In this document: positions 39,401 through 51,500 of the stretch, one piece after another
Numbering within the stretch: position 1 is the stretch's first letter
Layout: each line of letters begins with the position of its first letter
NCBI RefSeq assembly: GCF_023055435.1
Contig: NW_025964223.1
Coordinates: forward strand, 44,702,001 to 44,766,000
Reading direction: 5' to 3'
Length of the DNA: 64,000 nt
Source: Haliotis rufescens
Taxonomy: Eukaryota
Program-made: the position numbers and the translations under genes
Notes under the pieces: model-generated
The model's input: only the letters and a program-made list of their open reading frames with translations
What the model was told of the DNA's origin: nothing
The model's database searches: none

Positions 39401-40639
39401 GAAAGAACGTACTCAGTTCTGGATTAAATATCGGGGAAGAAATGCCTATCCCTGCAATAAGTCCCTTTGACAATAACATTGATGAAAACGTCTGAACTAT
39501 GACTGAGCAAGAAAGTTCTTTTCTTCCACAAATCATGGGAAGATTGGCTATCAACGGACTACTAGAAAAAACATTAGCTGATAAGTTTAGCTCAATACAA
39601 CCAGAGAGTACTATATTATCACGGCCCCGTAATTAATCAACTAGGTTTCGAATGACCACACAGCAGCAAGTCGACCCGTAAACGGTCTAACGAAACCTGG
39701 AAGTTAAGACACATGATTTTGACGGCTATATACGTGTGCGCGGACGTTAGAGAGAACAACCTCAGGTAAGCTGGGGAATGCAATGGCCTGACGAGCTGAC
39801 GAAGTATGTTTCTTAACATAGGGAAAGCCTGAATAGCAAACTAACTACATGTACGAAACCAATACGGGAGATTTAAGTACCAAAAGTATTATTATTGAGG
39901 TGTCAAAAATGACCGTAAACACATGGGAAATACCTATAAGTACCAGAAAATCGCGCAACACCGTGAAAATAACAAACAAAATTTAACACATGAATAAAGT
40001 AGCAAGCATATATGAAATAACATATATCAAATCAATACATGATGAAAAGGTGCCATTAAATTGCTACATAATAAAATATACTAATTCTCTAACAAGGAAA
40101 GCAAAAACACTGGACAACGATGACTGCCGGACTTTGCCGAATGATGAAGAAAGTCGGTCAATTAAAGCGAGGAAGGGTCCGGACACTAGACCGTTACTAG
40201 ACTGGTTTTTCGACCCGGGAACATTGACAAGTGACAGTCTACATGAGTCGAAACACGGATCGACTCCATAGTTACTATATGCATTTCTTCGCTTTGTTCA
40301 CTAGGATAAGTCGTACAGAGAATATGACAGGCAATCAAACTCTCTGATGTATCCCAATGTACGCCAAAACACTAAGTCCAAGATTAAATAATCAGAAGCA
40401 AGGAATGTTGAAGTAGTCCGTTAATGTTTATATCATCTCCAAAACACAATTTCGTGAAAACCGTATGAAAGTCAAAATGTGTCGTTCATACTTTCGAGGT
40501 CCTGTGACCGAACTCTCGTCCAATGGAAAAACAGGTTATCTCGTAAACTTCCCATTACAAAATGTAATTTTGCTTAATATTATTTCTGGTATTTTGGTAA
40601 AGGTAAAACCTCGGTAAAAGCCCTCGCTCGAGGACTGTT

Positions 40640-41650
40640 TCAACTGTAACTAAAGTTTCAGGTATATCGATGATCTGATATCGTTCAACAACCTCAATTT
40701 AGCCAATTACCTTCCACTGATTTACCCACCTAAACTAGTAATAATGGAGACTGTCTCATCTGTTTCATATTTAGGTCTATGCACAACGATTCAGAGTAGC
40801 AAAACACAATACACAAGAAAGTCAACTTTCTCCTTTTGTCGAGCACTATTCTAGCAGCTCCAGCCTTTGGTGATACAATCAAGCATGCTCTTTTTACTAA
40901 GATTTTAAAGAGAACAATGCCTACTCAGAAGTTGTTTAATTTCACTATTCGAGGCCACAGTAAAGATTGCAAAATGTTTTATGGTAGACATGTTGAGAAC
41001 GTTTCCAAATTTGAAGCATCAATGACAAAAATTATGTCCGACGCAATTCCCTATTTTGACTTCTATCCTGGGTTCTTGTGAGCTTTTTTCAAGTTTAAAA
41101 TTGCCTTTGCATGTCTTTGTGACGGGGACCATTGATGGGACAGTATGCGTTCAACTTTTCGCGAACACCTGGTATCATCACTAGTTGATCATGATCATGA
41201 TTTAGTTGGAATCGTACAATCGTACACTCTTTTTTCCTTAGCATCGTGGTGTACAAAGTTGAAAAATCAAATGTTTTGAGATCATTTAACTTGGTTCTTT
41301 CTGAGATTGCACAAAACATTTTGAGAATCCACATGGTGTTGATTTTCATTCCAACACTTCATTCAACCCACACTCAAATTATTTCTGTGAATATGAAGAT
41401 TATCCCTCCTTCATTGCATTAAGGATTATGGCTATTAGATCTTTGAGACAAGTTATAGGTAGGACGTTAACACTTGATGGCCTCGGCAACATATCACTTT
41501 GTGCGGATATTTATGGAACTTTGGAATTCAGTACACAAGCGGAATGGACTTGTCTTCTGGTTTTAATGTTAAGTTTTTAGTACTGTTGCGATGTTTTTTG
41601 ACAGATTTGTTCCTCAGTTAACATGTTGGCCTGATAAGTCACACTCATAC
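40640..41650. mobile_element. Penelope-like element debris in two convergent pieces
   Basis: Plus strand 40640-41230: FRYIDDLISFNN, SSVSYL, LSST.LAAPA, FYGRH and the family 3' end. Minus strand 41230-41650: INTMWILK, KTFDFSTLYTT. Confidence 0.75.
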
Positions 41651-43008
41651 CGATTTATTTAATCAAACGATTAAAGTCGTGATAGTTAAATTATCTATAA
41701 TGGTTAAGTTATGTTTATTATCATAGTCGAACAAGTTTTGTAATTTTGTTGTGTCACATAAACAAATACTGCACGGACATGGGTCAGAAAGTAAACGTTC
41801 TCCAACTTTACTGAACATTTTTAGTGATGTAAGTAAATGGACTTTTGTTGTTGAAATACATGTTGCCTTCGGACATATTGTACATACTAGGTTGAATTTA
41901 AGAGTTCATGGTATCCCGCAAGACCACCCGAGGACGGCAGTCTTAGCAATATGTTGCAGCAGCATTGCATACTGAGGGAAGTTTTACTGTCTTTGACGAA
42001 ACACTTTCTCTTCACCAGCAGACAAAACAAATTAATGCAAGTAAATTGTTGCGTGGTTCTTTGGAAAGTTGAAAACAAGTCCATTCAGGTTCACAAAGCC
42101 AATTTATATGGCTCAAATCTAGTTCATTAGGATCAGGATCAACACATGTGTTTTACATAATGGCTGACATATTGGATCTATAAAAAGTGGAATTAATTAA
42201 TGAAATGGATTTAGAATGGGTTAATACTAAAACAATGAATAGCATGAATTAGTAATTGAAGCCCAGGTAAAATATCTTCCCACTGTTCACGGAGGTTACA
42301 TAAACAGCTATTACTTTATAACAATAATATAAGCAGCAACAAAAAGTTTCCATAATCATACGAATTTTCTGCCTGAAGCAGATTCTAGGCCAAATGATTG
42401 TTCTCAATAATAAAACTAATATGATATAACGTGCTACTCGACATTCATAATATGCATAAGAACAGGAAACAGCGCCATCATCAGATATTGGGATTTGCAG
42501 TTTATGTCCAATGAAGTTTTTTCCTGGTACACTATATGTATTATCGTGTCCAGACTCAATATATTATCTAGAGGCGGCCGAATATAGCTGGAATATTGCG
42601 ATGAAAAGCATAAAAGCATAAAATAAATGTTTTCTCCTATTTCTAAAGATTATTCTGTGAATCAGTTGTTTAACTCGATAGCTTGGCCAGCAACAGTACG
42701 TCTAGACAGTTGTGATAAGATATCTTTTCTTGACCTTCTTGACCTTCACTTATGTTTGTCACACTATTTTGTGACAGTTTAACTAGAACAAATATCTAAA
42801 AGTTGTCATTTCATTATTATTCTTTTTAGAACTAAAAGCATCTCACCAATGATACGATTGAACAAATCCATACAAATGATTTCTAATTTTAAGTTTAGGA
42901 CATCCGGGTGTGTATGTTAATAATATTGTTAACTATATGTACATGTACGCCTGATTATATCACTGTGTAATCTTTTAATGAATACAAACCACCCTTTCGT
43001 TCCAAGGT

Positions 43009-43179
43009 GGGGTGGTCGGATAGCCTAGTGGTTAAAGCGTTCGCTCGACACGACGGAGACCCGGGTTCGATTCCCAACATGAGTACAGTGTGTGAAGTCC
43101 ATTATTGGTGTCTCCCGCCGTGATATAGCTGGAATATTGCTAAAAGCGGCGTAAAACCATTCTCACCCCCTCACTCACT
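43009..43179 (+). mobile_element. tRNA-derived SINE (older copy)
   Basis: Same family as 10496 and 27611; A and B boxes present, more diverged. Confidence 0.85.
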
Positions 43180-44335
43180 TACGACAAACATTGCTGAATA
43201 CCAATTCTAGCCTGGGTTTTCACGGGTATGTATACATGTACATGTGTTAGATGCATATACTTACCTGGTGATTTTCGCGTGTATAAATATACACATAACG
43301 ATAAAAACATGTCATCTTGTCAAATGTATTAACATCAATACACAGTTGACACAGAAATGGTCTCGAGTTGCAGTTCACTAGGGGGCAGGGTATCGGTATC
43401 ACCAGAAATACCGTAGCAAAGCAGCGAACTTGAGTTGAGTCATTTATTAAAAGCTCATACTTAGATAATGTACTTCTACAAATACACTTAAATACAACAT
43501 CGCCGCACGAATTTCACGTTCCTCGAGGTTACACACAAGCCAATTGCAAGGCACAGACCATTCCGGGCTTTGCGTGGAACTTGCAAAGTGCCGTTGCGCG
43601 AATTGTTCCCTGTACACGTAAATGTTATTCATAGATCGCGAGCATTTAGCTGTGCTCTGAGACATTCGCGAGAATAATAGGTTGACTATGTTCTATATTT
43701 ATCACTGCAATTTTATCTTAATAAATTGAAGGAAGATTGCAAGTAGCGAATCGCAAAGCATTCTCTATAGAATATAACACGTTACATCAGTGAGATGGGA
43801 TTAACAACATCCATGAAGACAACTGTCATGTGTATGCACAAAGCATCATCATCAAATGGCGCACTAACGTATCTCAATGTCCCTGCGCCCATATCTGACT
43901 GATCAACAATGGCGTGCGGCAGCTTGGGATATTGAGTGATTTCTGCAGGATAAATGCCACATTCATCTGAATAGCATCATCATATGTTCCACACCATATG
44001 ATTGTGTGTCAATTACTGAGTAGTGTCACCATTAGTTATTCATAGTGACTGATTGCTGTACACATATTCTCCGAGATGGTGATAATGACTAACTAATACG
44101 TGTCAGGGGGCAACAATTATAACCTAACAGATCAAGAATTTAATTCTTCGTCAATACTGGATAACAGCACTCTTATGAGGATGGTACTTTACGCTGCTAC
44201 TATACTTATCATCTAATGTAATATTCAATAATAATATTAACATAGGCTGCGTGTAGAGGGCACAAGGGAGCTGAGCTGATGAGCCTTACCAACCCGACTG
44301 TGCCAGGATCCCCCAAACCTTCTTTGCTGCATTTA

Positions 44336-44558
44336 NNNNNNNNNNNNNNNNNNNNNNNNNNNNNNNNNNNNNNNNNNNNNNNNNNNNNNNNNNNNNNNNN
44401 NNNNNNNNNNNNNNNNNNNNNNNNNNNNNNNNNNNNNNNNNNNNNNNNNNNNNNNNNNNNNNNNNNNNNNNNNNNNNNNNNNNNNNNNNNNNNNNNNNNN
44501 NNNNNNNNNNNNNNNNNNNNNNNNNNNNNNNNNNNNNNNNNNNNNNNNNNNNNNNNNN
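44336..44558. other. Assembly gap (223 N)
   Basis: Run of N; 44245-44333 is repeated at about 44737-44828 across the gap. Confidence 1.
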
Positions 44559-44845
44559 GGTTTTGTACCTCCCAATCTGTTGACTGACATTGGGAGAGTA
44601 CAAGGAATACAGCCCTTCTGACAATCTGCGTCATTAATGCAGAAGGATGCAGAAGGAGAGTCGTCACATTCTCCGAAAAGTTCTGGGTGGATTTGACAAG
44701 GCGGCGCTTCCTGGGAGAAGTCCCATTCGCTGTCTGGGCTGCGTGTAGAGGGGGCAAGGGCCCTGAGCTGCTGATGAGCCTTACCAGCCTGACTGTGCCA
44801 GGATCACCCAAACCCACTTTGTTGCATTTTTCATTTTAATCTGTA

Positions 44846-44885
<40 letters not shown>
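44559..44885 (+). mobile_element. Probable 3' end of an R4/Dong-clade non-LTR retrotransposon ending in (TAA)n
   Basis: MQK..S.HILRKVLG resembles the conserved C-terminus of R4/Dong ORFs; followed by a short UTR and about 13 TAA units (44845-44885). Confidence 0.5.
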
Positions 44886-44886
<1 letters not shown>

Positions 44887-45500
44887 GAGGTTTATATATT
44901 GTCAACCACCTGTCAGTAATATTGGGGCTTCAAATACTGTTGCACAATATCGTGACAACATCATTGGTAAAACATGGTGGATGCATCTGCATATATCTGT
45001 ACACCGTTTCTTATATGCTGCGGCGAAAATCATTTGAACATTCACAAACGCCTAGGGAAGAATAGCATCTTTCAAGTCATAATGGCTTCTCTATTAGCCA
45101 GTAGTTGCATATATTGCTGGGAAATTTATGATAACGAGGAATCAATAAAGTTTATACTTGCGATAATTGTAAGTCGATACTGTGCAATTGTTAAGACGCT
45201 TTATCGTGTAAATGACAATAAAGTTGATCCAAGTTGATATTGTTATATGTGATATAACAATGTCAGAATGTAACTGTGTCTGTCTCCGACAACAACAGAA
45301 AAGATGTTACACGTGGGTTTCATGGAGGCGATTGGCATACACCGCAATAGTAAATTTAAAGCTTACCATAGGAAAGTCTACTCGATCGGAAGTCACATGT
45401 TATCCCCACTAGCATCATCTAAATTAAGTGGATTTTAAAACAGGATTAACTTTCGCACGGACACGTTTTAAGGAGTTGCTACACACACGACACATCCGGG

Positions 45501-48500
45501 ATGGATACAGGGCTTACGACAGCGCTTTTGTTGTGTTTATTGTTGTCACACTGCTTCGTCATACAAGGTAAGGAAATTGTATGTTGAAATGAGGAAAGAA
45601 AACCATTAACTTGAGACACAAAACTGTACCACTTATGCACGATGACCTTAACATGAATATATTCATCCAAATATCAAGTTTGAGAGAATACATAGTAGAA
45701 CGTTTTTCACGTTAGTGGGACATGTACCCCTGCTTTCAGCAGTGTTGATTTATATCTCTATAACATGATATCAATGTGAGTGTGTCGTCACCCTGTCTTC
45801 AGCAGTGATGATTCAAAATAATATATAATATGATATCATATAAGTGTGTCTTCACCCTGTCGTCAGCAGTGATGATTCATATATCTATAATATGATATCA
45901 TATAAGTGTGTCTTCACCCTGTCAACAGCAGTGTTGATTCATATATTTATGATATGATATAACGTGAGTGGAACTTAACCCTGTCTTCAGCAGTGTTGAT
46001 TCATATATCTATAATATGATATCATATAAGTGTATCTTCACCCTGTCAAGAGCAGTGTTGATTCATATATTTATTATATGATATAACGTGAGTGGGACTT
46101 AACCCTGCCTTCAGCAGTGATGATTCCTATATCTATAATATGATATCATATAAGTGTGTCTTCACCCTTTCAACAGCAGTGTTGATTCATATATTTATGA
46201 TATGATATAATATAAGTTGGGCTTAACCCTGTCTTCAGCAGTGTTGATTCATATATCTATAATATGATATCATATAAGTGTGTCTTCACCCTGTCAACAG
46301 CAGTGTTGATTCATATATTTATGATATGATATAACGTGAGTGGAACTTAACCCTGTCTTCAGCAGTGTTTTTATTCATATATCTATAATATGATATCATA
46401 TAAGTGTGTCTTCACCCTGTCAACAGCAGTGTTGATTCATATATTTATGATATGATATAACGTGAGTGGCACTGAACCCTGTCTTCAGTGTTGATTCATA
46501 TATTTATGATATGATATCATGTAAGTGGCACTGAACCCTGTCTTCAGCAGTGTTGATTCATATATTTATGATATGATATCATGTAAGTAGGACTGAACCC
46601 TGTCTTCAACAGTGTTGATTTATATATTTATGATATGATATCATATAAGTTGGACTAAACCCTGTCTTCAGCAGTGTTGATTCATATATTTATGATATGA
46701 TATCATATAAGTTGGACTAAACCCTGTCTTCAGCAGTGTTGATTCATATATTTATGATATGATATAACTTGAGTGAGACTTAACCCTGTCTTCAGCAGTG
46801 TTTATTCCTATATCTATAATATGATAGCATATAAGTGTGTCTTAACCCTGTCTTCAGTGTTGATTCATATATTTATGATATGATATCATGTAAGTGGCAC
46901 TGAACCCTGTCTTCAGCACTGTTGATTCATATATTTATGATATGATATCATGTAAGCAGGACTGAACCCTGTCTTCAGCAGTGTTGATTCATATATTTAT
47001 GATATGATATCATATATAAGTTGGACTAAACCCTGTCTTCAACAGTGTTGATTTATATATTTATGATATGATATCATATAAGTTGGACTAAACCCTGTCT
47101 TCAGCAGTGTTGATTCATATATTTATGATATGATATCATATAAGTTGGACTTAACCCTGTCTTCAGCAGTGTTGATTCATATATTTATGATATGATATAA
47201 CTTGAGTGAGACTTAACCCTGTCTTCAGCAGTGTTCGTTCATATATTTCTAATAAGATATCATGTGATGTGATGCAGGTTTAGGAACTTTATCTCTTTGG
47301 TTATACCCGCGAGCATGGGTATGATGCTCACAAACGAATTTAGATAATAATCAGGGCCACGCCTAAAAGTGTTGTTTTCGTGCATATATTCCGTTTGACG
47401 AGTAATCCCAAGTCTACGCAGCAAAGCGATTCACATTGTTATTGTCATCACATTTAAAGGATGTATGTAAAATCGATATTCATTTGTAGTAGACAAGTAC
47501 TGGTAGCGTTAATTCGTTATGATGGAATATTATCCTCTTCTGTTTGTGTAGGACAGGTGTGCCGACCTGACCCGGGTGATAAAGGTAACTTTTGATCAAT
47601 ACGTGACCTTGCCTTTAAGACATAGTATATTGTGTTTAATGTATCACACAGTCTAGCCGGAATAACGGCTGCTCTAAATCATATTGTCTTTCCTTATTTT
47701 TGCTAAAAATACATATAATTCAAATTTACTGCTACAACTCTTTTTAAGACAGTGTACAAATACTGTTATCGATCGATGCAGGAAGACACTAACTTGATTG
47801 GGACGGGGAAATAACTGGGACTTGATTTGTGTCCTGTCCTTAATTCACAATCGGTGCTGTTGGTTTGTTGCTCTGTTATAATGCTACAATCGGCAATATG
47901 TCAGCTATATGACGACCGTCTTAACGTAATCCAGTGACTGACACCAAGAACATTTATACACGCAGTTGGAATAAGATGACATACAATAAACCACGTCACC
48001 GAGCCTTGCCACCCTATCCATTTAGTCGCCTCCTACGAACCACATATGCTGCACCGCTAATATAAATTCCACGTTATTCTTATCCCGAGTCCCAACGGGG
48101 GATATTGGAACATATAGGACATTCCATGCTTTACCGTTTTGCAAACACCTCATTAACATGTACTATAATTCGTGAGTATTAGACGTTTGATTTCCTCCCA
48201 TAAAGACTTCCGAACATAAATACCCCTACAGCATTCAATTTTGTCAATTTGAATATTAATACATATCCAAAGTAGAAAAACGTGTCAAAGAATGTGGTTT
48301 TATTCTAATTCTTTATGTATTTCTTTTTTAAAGTTGTCAACATGTGCGAGAACTCCTTCAGTAACGGTAACTCCCTCTATCTGGACACGGCAAGAGCTGT
48401 CAATTATCAAGACAGCTGTATGTGTTGGCTCCAGTCGCAAGGTGGCTCTGTTGAACTCCTGTTATCCGTGCGGGGAAATGAAACTGACTGTGATTCTACT

Positions 48501-51500
48501 CTGTTGCTATCACCACACATTGAGTACTCGTTTAGTTGTGTCGGTAAAGAGCCGATTACTGCCACAGGGAAAATAGAGCCTGGCCAGGTCGTCTTTATTT
48601 CTCTCACAAAATCATCCACTGACGCTAAAGCGGCGTTGTGCGTGCACATAGGGCAACTATCGTTTGGAGGTGAGTGAGAGAGTAAATGTTTATGACGCCG
48701 AAAACATACATATTCCAGGTATGTCACGGCGGTATGTAAACAATCCAGTTCGGGAAGGCGCACCAGTGACTGAAAGAAGAATGTATGAATACCTATTTGC
48801 GTCTGTGTATGAACAAAAATATGCATTAGTTCATGAACAACTATATGCGGCAGTGTATGAACGACTACATGCGGTAATATTTGGACATCTATATGCCAAA
48901 TTGTTTGATAGGCATTACTTAGAAGTTGACGGATGACAAGGTAGACACAATTTTATAGATAACAACGTCTTAGAAGTTGACGGATGACCATTGTTGTATC
49001 TATGCCCAATAGAGTGTGGACATCTATACCCAGAAGAGTGTAGACATCTATACCCAGTAGTGTGTAGACATCTATACCCAGTGTTGTGTGGACATCTATA
49101 CCCAGTAGAGTATAGACATCTATACCCAATAGTGTGTAGACATCTATACCCAGTGTTGTGTGGACATATATACCCAGTAGAGCATAGGCATCTATACCCA
49201 ATAGTGTGTGGACATCTATACCCAGTAGAGTGTAAACGTCTATACCCAATAGAGTGTGGACATCTATACCAATTGTTGTATGGACATCTATACCCAGTGT
49301 TGTGTGTGTAGCTATACCCAGGAGAGTGCAGACATCTATACCAAATAGAGCGTGGACATCTATACCCAGTTTTGTATGGACATATATACCATGTAGAGCG
49401 TGTACATATGTACCCATTGTTGTATGGACATCTTTTCCCAGTAGAGTGTAGACATCTATACCCAATAGAGTGTAGACATCTATACCCAATAGAGCGTGGA
49501 CATCTATACCCAGTTGTTGTATGGACATCTATACCAAGTAGAGCGTGGATATATGTGCCCATTGTTGTATGGCCATCTACAACCAGTAGAGTGTAGACAT
49601 CTATACCCAGTAGAGTGTAGACATCTATACCCAGTAGTGTGTAGACATCTATACCCAGTAGAGTGTAGACATCTATACCCAATATAGCGTGGACATCTAT
49701 ACCCAATATAGTGTAGACATCTATACCCAGTAGAGTGTAGACATCTATACCCAGTAGTGTGTAGACATCTATACCCAATAGTGTGTGGACATCTATACCC
49801 AGTAGAGTATAGACATATATACCATGTAGAGCGTGGACATATGTACCCATTGTTGTATGGACATCTTTTCCCAGTAGAGTGTAGACATCTATACCCAATA
49901 GAGCATGGACATCTACATGTATACCCAGTAGAGTGTAGACATCTATACCCAGTAGTGTGTAGGCATCTATACCCAATACTGTGTGGACATTTATACCAAG
50001 TAGAGTATAGACATCTTTACCCAGTAGTGTGAAGACATCTATACCCAGTAGTGTGTAGGCATCTATACCCAATAGTGTGTGGACATTTATACCCAGTAGA
50101 GTATAGACATCTTTACCCAATAATGTGTGGACATCTATACCCAGTAGAGTATAGACATCTATACCCAATAATGTGTGGACATCTATACCCAGTAGAGTGC
50201 AAACGTCTTTACCCAATAGAGCGTGGACATCTATACAAATTGTTGTATGGACATCTATACCCAGTGTTGTATGTGTATCTATACCCAGTAGAGTGTAGAC
50301 ATCTTTACCCAGTAGTGTGTAGACATCTATACCCAATAGTATGTGGACATCTATACCCAACAGAGTATAGACATCTATACCCAGTAGTGTGTAGACATTT
50401 ATACCCAGTGTTGTGTGGACATCTATACCCAGTAGAGTATAGACATCTATACCCAATAGTGTGGGGACATCTATACCAATTGTTGTGTGGACATCTATAC
50501 CCAGTAGTGTGTAGACATCTATACCCAATAGTGTGTGGAAATCTATACCCAGTAGAGTATAGACATCTATACCCAGTAGTTTGTAGACATCTATACCTTG
50601 TGTTGTGTTGACATATACCCAGTAGAGTGCAAACGTCTATACCCAATAGAGTGTGGACATCTATACCAATTGTTGTATGGACATCTATACCCAGTGTTGT
50701 ATGTGTATCTATACCCAGTAGAGTGTAGACATCTTTACCCAGTAGTGTGTAGACATCTATACCCAATAGTATGTGGACATCTATACCCAGCAGAGTATAG
50801 ACATCTATACCCAGTAGTGTGTAGACATTTATACCCAGTGTTGTGTGGACATCTATACCCAGTAGAGTATAGACATCTATACCCAATAGTGTGGGGACAT
50901 CTATACCAATTGTTGTGTGGACATCTATACCCAGTAGTGTGTAGACATCTATACCCAATAGTGTGTGGAAATCTATACCCAGTAGAGTATAGACATCTAT
51001 ACCCAGTAGTGTGTAGACATCTATACCTTGTGTTGTGTGGACATATACCCAGTAGAGTGCAAACGTCTATACCCAATAGAGTGTGTAGACATCTATACCA
51101 ATTGTTGTATGGACATCTATACCCAGTAGAGTGGAGACATCTATACCCAGCGTTGTGTGGACATCCATATCCATGCAGTGTGTGGACATCTACACCAAGT
51201 AGTGTGTGGAGCATCCATTTCTGAGCATGTCTCTTGTGGTGATATACAGAGGTTAAGTGATAACATGATTACAGAGATATATGTAACGTGACATATCCTT
51301 CCCTGGTGAAACAAATATAGTATGTGTACAAGTAATTAATAATATAGGTACTGTTTTTTTCTGGAAATTCAAATAGGAACTGTAAGTTCCCATGATCCCC
51401 ATTATTGTAGCCTAGCTTTGTTTGCTGGTGCCCTTTATCAACAGATATTTCACAATAAGTACATTGTTTTCATCGCTATGTGGCTGCAATATTGTGGATG

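Noticed and set aside
44209-44817. ORFs spanning the N-run; CTGATGA hammerhead-like words at 44275 and 44771
   Set aside because: The ORFs exist only because Ns hide stops, and no matching GAAA or stems follow the CTGATGA.
48915-51224. Long ORFs up to 537 aa with LLGIDVYT or YRCLH repeats
   Set aside because: Translations of a 24-bp minisatellite, open in several frames on both strands, with internal frame switches, and lying inside an intron.
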